A stretch of 64,000 nt of DNA from Gordius albopunctatus (lineage: Eukaryota), in NCBI GenBank assembly GCA_964276515.1, contig OZ193909.1, positions 3,162,001 to 3,226,000 on the forward strand. Direction: 5' to 3'. The notes below the pieces were generated by a model. It did not search any database. It saw only the letters and a program-made list of their open reading frames with translations, and had not been told where the DNA came from. Positions 25,737 through 39,100 of this stretch are shown piece after piece; within the stretch, counting starts at the first letter, position 1; each line of letters starts with the position of its first letter. The position numbers were made by a program, and so were the translations under genes.

Positions 25737-26984
25737 TTATGGGATAAAACCAATTATTTAAAGAATATCAAATTATACAGGATGTGTATACTATTAAAAA
25801 TATTCGAAATTTCTTAACTTTCGCACAGTTTTATTAGTGGAAGGCAAGCATTTAAATGGGACCTGACTTTAAAGGGTGGGGCAAGAATGCGTAATGACCT
25901 CAAGATGTACAGTTTGAATTAGATGGCGCTGAAAGGTGATATATTTTGGACCGATAGAGACGACATTAAGCCAAGTACGAGCATTGCCTGAGAACGAACG
26001 GGTGGTTTGAAAGAGTGGAAGCAAAAAAATGCATTAGCATAATATACTAAAGCGGGAACGATTGCGGCTAGGACTTCACTACGTAGTATAGGTATGTCAA
26101 ATGTGCTTTAAATTTGCGAGGACGAACCCGAAGATAACATTATTAACTTCATAAAAAATATGGGCAGCAGAGATATTTGATCGAATTTAATTAATATTTT
26201 GAGGCATTGAAGTGTACAATTGAATGGGGTACAAGAAAAGGAAAGGTTATAAAAAGCGAATTTCGCGTTGTTGTTAACGAAATAAATTACACCTAGATGA
26301 AATGCCAGGGTATAAAATAAATACCAAAAATTTAACTAATCGGCCCGTTGTTTATTTAAAGTGGGCGAGCGCATTTTATACCCAACGGAATGTTATTCTG
26401 AGACAAGCCCATACCTATATTATTACTATTATATCCATCCATATACTTAGTTTCGCAAATACACTTTTAATTTAAAACGTCTGTTTGAGATTATGGTAAA
26501 AATTCTTCATTTTGGCAAAGGATTTACTTGTAATCCAACCCAATACAGGATGCATTAAAAATATTTTACTTTTTGGTTTTAATATGTAATTTTATGGAAC
26601 ACACTATCTTAAAAACAATTTTAACTAATATCTTGTTATTATAGTTTTTTATTTACTAATTGTTTTACAAAATTTAATTAATTTTAAAATTTTACAGTAA
26701 ATCACCCTCGTTCAAAAGAGGTGAACATGTCTATTTAAGAGCGTCAAAAAACAAGGCTTTCACCACAAATGTTTGTAGGTTCTTCCTTATTACCGGGAAG
26801 AGAGGTTATTAAAAAGGTTGTGTGAGGGGCTATGGCTTACGGCATAATTTAATGGCAGCAGGTAAGTCATTAGGAATTTTGGAGCATTACTGACACCTAA
26901 ATTTAATATTTTAAATTAATTTAATGGCAAATCATATATGCGAGGTCCTTTACAAATGCATTTTTATTATTTTAGTCTAGGAAC

Positions 26985-27362
26985 CAGAGGTCAGATTTGT
27001 TGGGAATTTTCTGCCCGAACCCGGCCCGAGTAAATTTTTTACCTTCATTGCCCGCCCCGGTCCGCCCGAACCCATCTAAGTGTCCGCCGGGGCCCGCCCG
27101 AATTGTTAAAGCTGCCCGAATTTCCCGGCCCGAAATATTAAATTTGCCCGTTAGTCCCGAATTTATGAGGTCCCAAAAAGAGGTCGGAGTAGTTTAAATT
27201 TTTCTGCCCAAACCCGGCCCGGTCCAATTTTAACTAAATTGCCCGCCTGAACCCTTCTAAGTGTTCGCTCAGCCATGCCCAAACCATTAGAGCTGCCGGC
27301 CTGATTAATAAAATTTTCCCGGTAGACCCGAAATTATCCAATCCCAAAATCTTTAGCCACTA
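26985..27362. repeat. GC-rich CCCGAA/GCCCG-repeat transposon remnant
   Basis: Two ~190-bp tandem units (GAGGTC..TTTTCTGCCC.AACCCGGCCCG); similar GC-rich remnants at ~3120-3292, 28080-28130 and 56734-56900. Confidence 0.55.
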
Positions 27363-30151
27363 TTACAAAATAAGCAATGGCATATTGATCCAAACAAAGA
27401 TGACAATATTTTATTCATCTATTAATCTTCCTACGATATAAAAACCCAGGATGGCAAAGAGTATTTTTTAAACCTTGCTAATTTAGGACACATAAAATAG
27501 TTATAATTTTTAATAACTTTAATGTGACTTGTTTGCTTTATTTTTCCACCATGTTTTTTTAGTTGTTAAGAAATTAAATGAATTACAATTATGTGCATTG
27601 TTAGAAAATGGCATGAGCCTTTGTTTTAAGTCTAGACGGCATACATGTGTAGTGTATTGCGAACAATGAAATGGTTTTGGCTACTACATAAATATAAATA
27701 ATCCAATCCTTTCTATAATAAATTAGGGCAAAGATTTAACTGAACGCGATAAAAATGTAATAAAATAATTTACTACCAGAGAGTAAAATGGTTTCTCCCA
27801 TAGTATTAGATTAGAGTAGCTTGGCAGTTTAAATTGTTGTGATTTTATTCTTTTATAATATAATCTGAAAATTAAAAATTTTTGATCTTGAGACAAACCA
27901 GTTAAACTAATTTATTCGAAATAAAATTTAGTTTTGAAGAAATTGAAATTAGGACATTATATAAAGGTACAATGAAGATCTAAGCGATGAAAAAAATCTA
28001 GTCAAATTTATTATGGCCCAAAATTGTTAATAACCGAATTTTTCTTTTTTCAAGGAAAATTAATTTGATGAAATTTTGGGCATGCCCGAATTGCCCGAAT
28101 CTTATCAGCGTGCCCGCCCGGGCCCGCCCGTCATTTTTAATAAGGCAAATTGGTACGGATTCTCGACACAACAACTTTAATGGTTATTTAAGCTTGTAAG
28201 GTCTTATAATAAAGTTCCAGTCAAAACAAAGGCAAAAACAAAGTTAAAAAATCAAGCTTAATATTAAATTTTGAAAGATTAGGTTCATTAACCTATAAAT
28301 TTGACTTTTAATATTTACTATAAGTACATCAGGCTTTATTCCCCTTAGGAAATATTTCCTCAATTTGGCACTGATTCCGATTATCTGCAGCTCTTTTACA
28401 CATAAAACTATTTAAAGTATGTAATTTATGGTGAAAGATCATCTAAAGTCTAATTCTACCTGGTAATAATACTAGCCAAACTATATATAAATGTTTGAGA
28501 CTCGCATTGACCATTGTAGGAGCTGTTCACTCATCCTACGAACCAATTAAATATTATAAATTTTAATTAAACTCCCAATCAAAATTGTGTAATAACACTG
28601 GCTACGCTTCGTCGCATACATTCTTATGAGTTGTGAAATCAAAAAGCATCTTAATCGCAGGTCACTTGCTATACCGACTTTAGTTATAAATGGCTTGAAT
28701 GCATCCAAGGTTAATAGTTTAGAATTAGATGTTTAATTCTGAGATGTTATACAAGTGATCTGAGGCCTGGTATTTCGCAACCGTTTAAATGCAAATTCGC
28801 AAGCAAATAGATATTTAATCACCCACTTCAGTGCAAGTTTAATTAAGATTCGGTCTTTGCCCTCAAAAGATCAACATTTGATAGTGGCTCCGTTAAAAAG
28901 CCTGATTACTTCCATTCAAGCATTCGCATGTAAAAGAATGCCTTATTATAAAGTTTAATTTATTGGTTTGATATTAAGTTCCAAGTTTAAAAGATGTTAA
29001 TAATAGTATTTATTTGAACAGTCTATCGGCCAAAAATCTTCAATGTTAAATAAGACAACGGATAAACAAAGTCACTTATGAATTATAAAAATGTATTCTG
29101 GATTTAGCAAATTAAAGAATGCAAAATATAACGTGAAAAGATAATATATCCTCAGTTCAACGTCACCTCTTAGCCTAAAAAGTCATCCACGGGTAAAACT
29201 CTGTCATTTCATTTTTGAATATATTAAATAAAATCCAAAATTATTTATATTGAGTTTTTGTCTAAAGCCTTGAAAAATTATTTTCAGGGGTCCAAGCTAG
29301 ATAAAAAATGCTTTTTCTACAATTTGGCGGAAGCCTTAAACATTACACATTCGATAGGTAATTTTATTCTTTGAATTATGCTCATTTATTAAGAGACAGA
29401 ACAGGACGACAAGTTGTTTTAAATCAATTGAAAATAAAATAATAGATAATAACTAAAAAATTACCACATAAAATGTTTAATATTAATTACACTGCACATA
29501 TATAATAATAAATTTGATCTATTATTAATTTTTTTTTCAATTTAAATATGTTTATATAGCCACAAATTATAAATGCATTTAATATTTTACATATATAGCC
29601 CTAAAAAATAAGATTATTTAACTGCTATTATTTATACGACAATTTGTACGACTTTTTTCTTATCTTAATCACAATATTAGCAATCAATTGATTAACGATA
29701 AATAAATAAATCAAATGGGTTAAATAGAAGATTGTATCTATACAATCTAAGTACAATTAAACAAATTATAGATATTAAACCTTGCATTCTTTTATTGGTA
29801 ATGTCACAAGCGAACCGAAATATCGGAGCCTTTTTCATCGAACCTTTTTTATCCATCCCACGATAACATACACCCTAGTTTATATTAAATTTTCTTTATA
29901 ATTTTTCAAATTTACCTGACAAATTTGAATGTCTGATATCCTAAAAAGTTTATAAAATTATATTGATACTCTTGGTTATATATATATATGGACAAACTTT
30001 AAATAGTTTTAGCTAGAGAGCGATTAAATAAACTTTGAATCATATGATGTACCGTTTTTTAGGCTTGTCACGGTGCATTTTTAAATTCGTTATTTTTGTT
30101 TATTTTTAACATGTTATTATTTTTTAAAAGCTATAAGAAGGATATAAAAGT

Positions 30152-33100
30152 ATGAAAAAACAATTTTTTAGAGTTAAACAACTAGCTGACCAGACAGTTG
30201 GAAGGTAACGATATATATATAATTTTTTCAATATTTTATAATTCTTTACACTAAATCAAATTATTTTCTAAACATATATGTTCATATCCCTAAAAAGCCT
30301 TTTTTACACTTGTTAGAGCTGAGAAAACCGAGGTTTTATCAGAGGATCTACTGGGAGTCGAGAAGAGAGTTGATAATATCAAACAAGCCTGTAATGGGGT
30401 CATTAAGAAAATTTCAATATGTTTGATGGGTCAAGGGCCAGACTTGGAAAAACGTCTGGTAAAATTTTATTGTTGAAATAAATGATTTACAAAAAGTTTA
30501 TATAATTTATAATTATATTCATCAAAACATTTATTAAAATTCTTTTATCAAAATTATCTAACTACCTATGAGTTGTTTGTTTATTTTACGGTATATTCAT
30601 ACCATTTTGATTTAAAATACATTTTTTCCCCTTTATACTATCATGATCTGTATGATTAAGAACTTAAAGATTAAGACATACTTAGTCACACACAAAGTTT
30701 ACAAGCGAGGTGCCAAATTTTATTAATCCATTTGTCAAAATTAAGGAGAGAGGGGCAGAAGAGAGCTTTAATTAGACAAGCACACTTATTGATAACATCT
30801 GGAACTCATTTGTAAAGTGCACACTCCATTCCCCCCCCCCCCCTGCCTCTCAATAATTAATAATTAGCTTATAAAACTTTTGACACATCCTCCAAAGACC
30901 CACTTAAATTTTTTGCTTATTTTTACTACAAAAAGATACTTTCTATTTTTGCCTGTATCATCACCCCCCCCCCCCACCAATCCATATTGTGGTGACCCAC
31001 ACAGAAGATTATAATGGATAAATAGTTTCACATACTTATATATAATAGTTATCTCTAGCCTTAAAGCAAATCAGCCCATTTCATTTACTGCTCTTTGAGT
31101 TTTTTTTTGTATTTAACGGTGTTATTCTTGGCATAGTCTAAATTTTCAATTAGCTTTGTCGTTTCTTTCATTGAACGTGATAAATATAAGAAATTCATTT
31201 GTAATCCGCCACGGGATTCTTACTAACAAAATATCCTAATTTTTGCTAAATATATATATCTTATATATGCTCATTTGCGTAGCCGAGGTAAGCCTCTAAA
31301 TCCAAAAATTTGATGAAATTTATTAAAATGATGGCTAAAATTTCAAAAATTTGCTACTCCCTAAATCATTATTGCCCCCCCCCCCCCAATTTCACGGCCA
31401 TGTATAATACTTTTTAAAGTAATTTTGAGTTACAATTTCAGCCTTTTGCTACTTTGAACAACCTTTAAATCAATTATCTTCCTAAATTTTCGGTTTTTTA
31501 GTGTGTTTTTTGTTTACAAAAAATAACACTTTTTTCTCTAACATGTTTTTAAAGTAAATAGAAACTAGGCGAGCACTGGAAAAAATAATCGAAAATACTG
31601 TAAAAATAACAAAATAACACATAAATTAAAATGATTTAATGCGTGTTTTGTGGGAAAAAATGATAATTTTGATTGAATATTTATGGGTTTGTGACATAAA
31701 TTAGAGTGAAAAGAGGGGGTACTGGACCTCTGAGTAGTATATTAGTTTGGCTTCTTATCGATTTCTATTACCTAACAAAGCTTCCCCCCCCATTTTTGCA
31801 ATCGGTCGGTAGGCATTAACTGTTCTGTAAACTTATATGATGTTTACACACTTTTTAACACTTATTTCTCAAAATGAGATTTTATTCAATTTTATTTCGG
31901 AAAACGTTGTTTTTTGTTGATATAATTTAAGTAAGAGTTTGACAAAAATGTTAGAAAGACTAATCCTAGGCTGACTGGTGTAACTGTTACAACCGTTAAT
32001 TCTTACTTTTCTTAGCACATGATGAAAAATATGATGCTTGTCTCAAAAGGCGTTTACGAACTCTTTATCAGCCGGCCACTTAAATTCGTACTATTATGAT
32101 GCAAAGCCTGTATGGCTAATTAGAGGGGGGGGGGGACAATAATGATTTAGGGAGAAGCAAATTGAACATTTGTGGAAATTTTAGCCATAATTTTAATAAG
32201 TTTCAACAAATGTTCGCGTATAGAGGGAGTGAGGGAGGCATCCACCCCTGCCCCCCCCCCCCACCCACCCACTTGCTACACCCACGATGGCTCTGACTGT
32301 TGCTGTTGGTTATCGCATCTGATGCCGATCGGGTAGGAGGTCTGAGGTCAAAAAACGACTTTTTACCGTTTTTCAGTAGTTTTTCATCATTTCAACCTTT
32401 TATTAAGTAACACGTTTAACGTAACGACTGATATTATGTACTACTTTTTATATCCCTCCCTAGTGTGATGTCAAATACGGCATAAATGTCGGTAAAATTA
32501 CCCTTCCGCCCATCCCCCCCCCGCCCGCCTAATTAGAATTCAAATATTGGCCAAGTTCACGGAAAAGAAACCAATACCCAATACCCAATAATAATTATTT
32601 CCCATCATATAATAGGATTATAATTTTGTTGTCAAATTGCATCAAGCCATAATAATACGAAAACCCCTTCCCAGCTTGTCTGAGCGGAACGCGGTGCGCA
32701 TTCATTACGCACCGTTCACCAGCCAAAATTTGGGTTTTAGTATCCGCTCTCGGGATTGTCATCCATTTTATTATTATTATTTAACATTGGGTCGTCTTGA
32801 CTTCCTCTAGGTGTAATGGTTGGAGGGGCAGATTAGACGTTTTTACGGAAGCGCTTCAATTGCTAAGTGAAAGTTTTAATTAGGGGTAGCGGTCCAAATT
32901 GTTTAAATAACTCGAGAAATTATTGCATCGGTATCGGGCTTCGCAAATATTTATGATTTTTATCGAGTTTTACTGGATTTTTGTGTTTTCCGGATCGGAC
33001 CCTCTCTTACGCATAACATAATTTTAGGCTTGTTGGAAATGAGACGGCAGTAGCGTATGGATTAAGCCATGTTTTACTGATATATAAGTTCATAATAATC

Positions 33101-36100
33101 TCGTATAATTGATAAGCTATTCATCTATTCAACGGCCAGGACACCTTTCATTTTTACCCATCGAAAGGATGCCACTATCGAGGTGTTCCTGTAATTTTAT
33201 TCTTTTAAATTAAGTTTCGGGCAGCGATAGGCTGGGGCACACTCTTTCTTTTATCATTTATATACTTTGCAAACTCCTGAGTTTGAGAATCTAGTAGCCT
33301 GTCAACACTCTGTAAATGAAATTGAATTTCAACGCTCTAGGGCTTGTGTCTTCTTAATATCGGAATTTGCTGCGCAGCCAAATTCGTTGTACGGGTTATA
33401 ACATAGCCGTCGTGTCTTAACTTCGAATTCAGAGCAGCAGATTTACATTTCAGACGCATAACATAGCAGCGATTAATCTCAAGAGTTGAAATAAACAAAA
33501 AACGTGTCTAACTATGAAAAAACAGAATATTAATAATTACAACCGAGTTTGACACGTGAAAATGAATCGGGTATTTGATAAAGATATATTCGCGCCATTT
33601 GAATCTGAATCCGATATTATTAAGACAAGCCCCTAGCCCTACATCCACGTACGCATAGTTTAATTTCCTCTTTATCCTTAGAGTATAGTTTGTGGAGGGG
33701 TGGCCAGAAAATTCCTAACGTCTTCCTAACATTACCTCGCTCCTCCTTAAGTTCCACCCTTTTTATGCCCTTTTTGCCTGGACTTCAATTTTTTTTTAAT
33801 TATTATTAAAAAAATCAGCAACTCATCCTTTATCGCCCGCCATATGAAATGTGTTGCGCCGCTCGAAGCCCTCGTCAAACTTTTTGCACACTTACCGCCG
33901 GGCTGCTCGCTCGCGTCTTTTATTACGTTAAGCGAGCGCGAAGCGACACAACACAATAGTGTCGCACTTTTCGCCTAACTCCTTACCAAAACTTACCGTG
34001 TATTTTTGTTAATCACACACACACCACAATAAGCCATAGGACGGGGACGTGTGACGCGAGGGGACTTGTCCTCCTCGCTCGCTCGCTCGCTTGTCCTAAT
34101 ACTCATATACCTTTTGCCCCCCACTGTCTCGCCCGCCGCACAACGAAATTGCTATTTTCAGGATTGAAACTAGAGGGGGGGGGGCAAAATGAAATTTTTA
34201 CGAAATTCTAGCCATAATTTAATAAGATTTTAAAGAATTTATGGATTTAGAGGGGGCAGCCGCCTCCCCCTGGCACCGCCTATCAAAAACCAACAAAATA
34301 ATCAAAATGATTGTTCAATTAAGGGTTAAAGGTTACATGATATCCGTTTGAAAGGCTTGTTGTCTCCTCCTGGCTTAAAGCGAAGTTCGGGTTTAACGAA
34401 AACGTTATAAAGTTAATCAACTGGTGATAACTCCAAGTTTTACCCATGGATTGGTTGCCATTTAACGTTTATCTTTGGCCAAATTAAAACTTATCATTTT
34501 TTCGGCAAGCAGTTATTATATATAGTAAATTTTTGCATATTTCAAAAAAATCATGGCATAAAATTTTAAATCATATTAACGACGAATTCGTTTTTAGCCT
34601 GAAAATTTTGCAACTGGCGGGTGTCAATATGAGTCAGGCAGGCGCGTAGCCAAGATTTTCTCAAGGGGGGACTTAGTGTTAATCGACTTAAACAGCTGTT
34701 ATACCAGGAAAATGGATTTTTTGGAGAGGTTATAAAAATGATTAGGGGAAGAAATAGTTAAAAGCAAGGACCTAGTCATGTGAATGCAGCAAAAATGTAT
34801 TTTGGTCGAATGCCCATCTTTAAATCATAGCTGGTGAACCTCTCCTATTAATTAAATATTGGCTACGCCTAAGTCCGACAAATAAGTTAGATTCTTAAAT
34901 TTGTTAATTATTATTTTTTTAAATTGCCGAGGAAAAAGATTATGGGGACTGGGACATTTATCTTTGTCGCCCCTGCCCCCCCCCGCCTTAAACATCCAAT
35001 AACTCTGTAAATTTTGAAAAAAGATATATTAATTCGTAAAACGCTTAATCTTAGCACCGTGTTCAGGAAGCTCAAATATTTTAACTTTTCATAGACTTAA
35101 TATAAATGCTTATTTCAGTATGCGCGCTCGCTCTAGCTCTTTCTTCTGGCAACCGCTGGCTATCAGATCACCCATACATAAAGCACGCACCATATGGCGC
35201 CTGGCGCAGCAAATTATAATTGGCACAGCCAATGATCGGATCTATTATCTACATCTCAGAATTCCGCATTTCGTTTGATTTAACCGAATCTCATCTCACT
35301 TATACACTTTGAAATCCAAAGTTTACCACCTGGTCGGTTTAAATGACATGGCCTCTTTTTTAATTTGATAAATGATAGTTTATGGGTGGATATATAATAT
35401 CAGTTTATAGTACAACAATTAGTTGTTCCACAATTACATTTTAACAGTTATATAACATATTTATTTAGCGGTTTGAAACTTCTTACGTCTTTATTGAGTA
35501 CTGTTGTAAAAACGGGCAGTTTTTGTTTAGCCCGACCTTTGGTTTTAGTCGACTAAACATAACCAGACCAAAGGTTTGACCAAAAAACATTTGGTCTGCA
35601 CCCTTTTTTAAGTAGCGAATTTGCCAGGGTTAGCTATAACTTGGCTTCTCAAAAATGGACGTTGCAAACTTTGGCCCATACGATTTCAACTTTTTAAGAT
35701 GATAAATTTTCACATTTTTGTTATATTTTAGCGTATTCGAAAAGGTGTCACCACATGTTTCCTGCTGTTACTTAACAACACGCTTTAATTTAGACGAGAT
35801 TAAGGACCGTTTTATCTTTGGTAGTGTTGTTGCGTACTGCGTAGTGTGGGGCGAGTTTGCAAATTGTTTTTCGATTACGCCGTCCAAAAGACCATCTGGT
35901 TTTTGTTATTATACGAAATTGACGCATAGTTCTATTATTTAGTCTAATGCATTTTTTAAAAACTATTAGTTGCTTTATGCTCTGTACATTACAACTTGTT
36001 CCTAACTGTGTTCATTCCTCCATACCGTTGAAATTCGATTTTTTTAAATTGGGGTTCTTTATCAAAAATATTACTTTTCGTGGCCATTTTTTTTTTTATC

Positions 36101-39100
36101 AATTTATCATTTAAACACTTAATTAATACCCATACATTAGACTGAAAGCAATAGAGTTGGTAACAAAACTATAATTCATTTCAATTATTGCAGTAAAAGG
36201 GACTGGGTTTGTTTGGTTGACCCTAGGATTTAGGCGAACATAAATACTCAGCTTTTGTTTAAAGATAAATAATAATAATAATTAATCCGAACCTCGATGA
36301 AAAATTTGTTGGTGACGTGGCCTAATAAATCATTTTTTACTTTTTATGAATTAGTTCTTCTTTACCAAATTTAATCACGTGAGCATATAATATAACGATT
36401 TATAAATTTTAGCCTAAAAATTTATGATTTTGACTAATTGCGAACAAGTTGATATGCAATTTATAATGTTTGTTTTTGTATACACATCATTTATACGATA
36501 GAAAAAGATTCCAGAAACGTTTTTATCCTCTGCTCTCGTGGAATACAGTATAGTAATGGGCGAAAATACACCTATGGGGTATGATGGCCTTTTTACTTTA
36601 TCTAATATCCTGGTATCATAGCTGTAAAATAGATTTGTTGTAAGTTAATTTGAAAAGAACGGTCACTTTTTTAGTTGCTGAGTTAAAATTTTACACGGAT
36701 CTTAGCGAAAATAATTTATATAACAATTCTTTTGTTCGAAGCTCGCGAGCATATAAATTAAAAAGGTATTATTACCAATATGGTGGTTAAAGGTACCATT
36801 TCATTCATTTTCGTTGCGTGTTCCCGTTTGTTTAGACGAATAGACCGCGCGACCCTTATAATTCACGCATCTCTAGTGTGGCTAAAAACACTGGCCTCTT
36901 GAACATCTGCACTATTTTTATATTCCCTAGGATTGTATAATCAATAATCAATAATAATAATCAATCCCATTTAAACTCTTGTTTTTCAATCCCAACTTGT
37001 TAGGAGCGCTTTGCGTTATTGTGGCGAAGCCATGAGCTACGTGGGCAAAGATGTTTTACAGTACGAGCTCGACATCGAGAAGAAAGTTCTGCAGCCACTT
37101 AATGCCATTCTCGAGGTTAAAAAATTCACGCTTCTTCTTTTTTGACTGGGCTGCCAGTGTTGTAAAAACGGCTGGATTTTGGTTGGACGGTCATTTGGTT
37201 TTAGTCGATTAAACAGAAACAAACTCACGATATTTTGGTCTCTGTTTTTCTTAGGCGACCACAACGCTTAGCCTAAGCTTAAAAACCAGACCTGAGTCGA
37301 ACCATAGTAATCTCTTGAATATTAAATATTACAAATATGGTGGGTTTGAAAGGTGATGCCGTTGTTGGAGTCGTTTAATTTTATGTTGATTTTAGGGGGA
37401 ATCTAGCTAGACCTTCCAAAAAAATAATATACTATAACTATACAATTTTTATCATTTTATAATATTTTATTAAAATGAAAAACTATTTCTCATAATTATT
37501 ACTAAAGGATGATATTGCTAATTTTTTGTAGGAATTTGCATTAGCTTAGTACCATGTGACAGTTTTGCTTCGATTTTACTCATTGCTTTTTACGATTTCT
37601 CTTCCAGAACCACATACCGGTCATCAACAAGTTCAAGAAGCAACTGAACAAGCAAACGCTAGAAATGGACACTTGCAAAACTAGGTAAGCATTCAAATTT
37701 CGGCATGAGCGGAGTCAGCACCGAAATTAGAGGGGGGGCAAATAGATCATTTTTTAAAATTTTAGTTATAATTTTTATGAATTTCAACAATTTTTGGATT
37801 TATAGGGCCCATTTTTCCCCAAATAATGACATTTTTAATTTGAAATTCTATTTTACAAAAGGTACAACGAAATGCTGAGGCGTTCTTATTGCACCATGGC
37901 AGACGTCCATAATAACGCGGCCAAGATCGACGCACTGAAAGAAGAATACGTCGATTCGTGCAATAAATTAGATTTGATAAAAGTAAGGATTCGGCGTGCG
38001 TTTTGGAATAGCGAAATTTTGGTATTTTTTAAAATCATTTAAATGTTCTTACTGGTTTTTGGACACCATTTATGGCTAAATAAAACGACATGACTTTGAT
38101 TTGTATAAGTGTAAGCCTGGGCAATAACTAGGAACGTGTACTTGAATTTTAATTTTTTGCCAATATCTTCAAAGTGAGAACGATATTAGACTTTAAGTGA
38201 AATTAAATAGTAATACATAAATCGTTGTTTGGGAAGATTATTTAATTGATTCATCATTTGGTTTAACCTTAAAAGGGTAATCAGTTAATGCATGGTTGTG
38301 GCTGATTTTTTTTATAAAAGCTCCCAGGAAATTTCGAAGGATCTGATAGAAATCATTGCTATAATATTAGTTTGGGTTTTTTACAGGACGCTTACACGAC
38401 CGAAATGTTCAAGTTTCTATCCAAAGAAGGTGAAATATCTCAAATTCTATTAAATGTAAGTGCTGAGGCTACTTAGGTATATCATTGATTTCGATACTTT
38501 ATAAGGCGTTAAATATATCGTGTTAATGTCAACATTTTTACTCCCATTTATTTATCCTCTATACCCCCCCCCCCCCGTTAAACTATAATATTCAAATCCC
38601 CAAATTTCTGATCACTAGATTTTGGTGTTTGCATCTAATAATTTAAAAAAATAATAATCACATCTCATCTGTAACCTACCTGCCAACCCGGAATTTATTA
38701 TATTTATTAAACTCACCACGACCAAGTGACAGTTTATCGATTAATTTAGGTGATAGAGAATCAGATAGAATACCACAAAAATCTCATGTTGACTCTCGAA
38801 TCCATCTTAGTGAAAGCCCGAGAATACATGAGTGAGGCATTAAAATGATGAATTTGTTATATATCGTAATTTCGCCATTTTTATTTTTTTTCTTCTTCAT
38901 TTTTTCACAGAAGAGTAAATTACACATTGAATGCCTTTTCCCTCCTACATAGGTTCTTCGTACGTTAAACCCGCATTTGGGTGTCCGTTACAAGAATACC
39001 TCGATCTCACAAACACCCTAGTCTCGCCCATAATCGAAGAATGCATTCTCCTACTACTAGAAATGGGCCTAGATGAACTGGTGAGCATCCCTCCCATGGG

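Noticed and set aside
27363..29420. Additional protein-coding gene between the Shroom-like and RhoGAP genes
   Set aside because: No sustained open frame or recognisable motif found; possibly decayed TE sequence.
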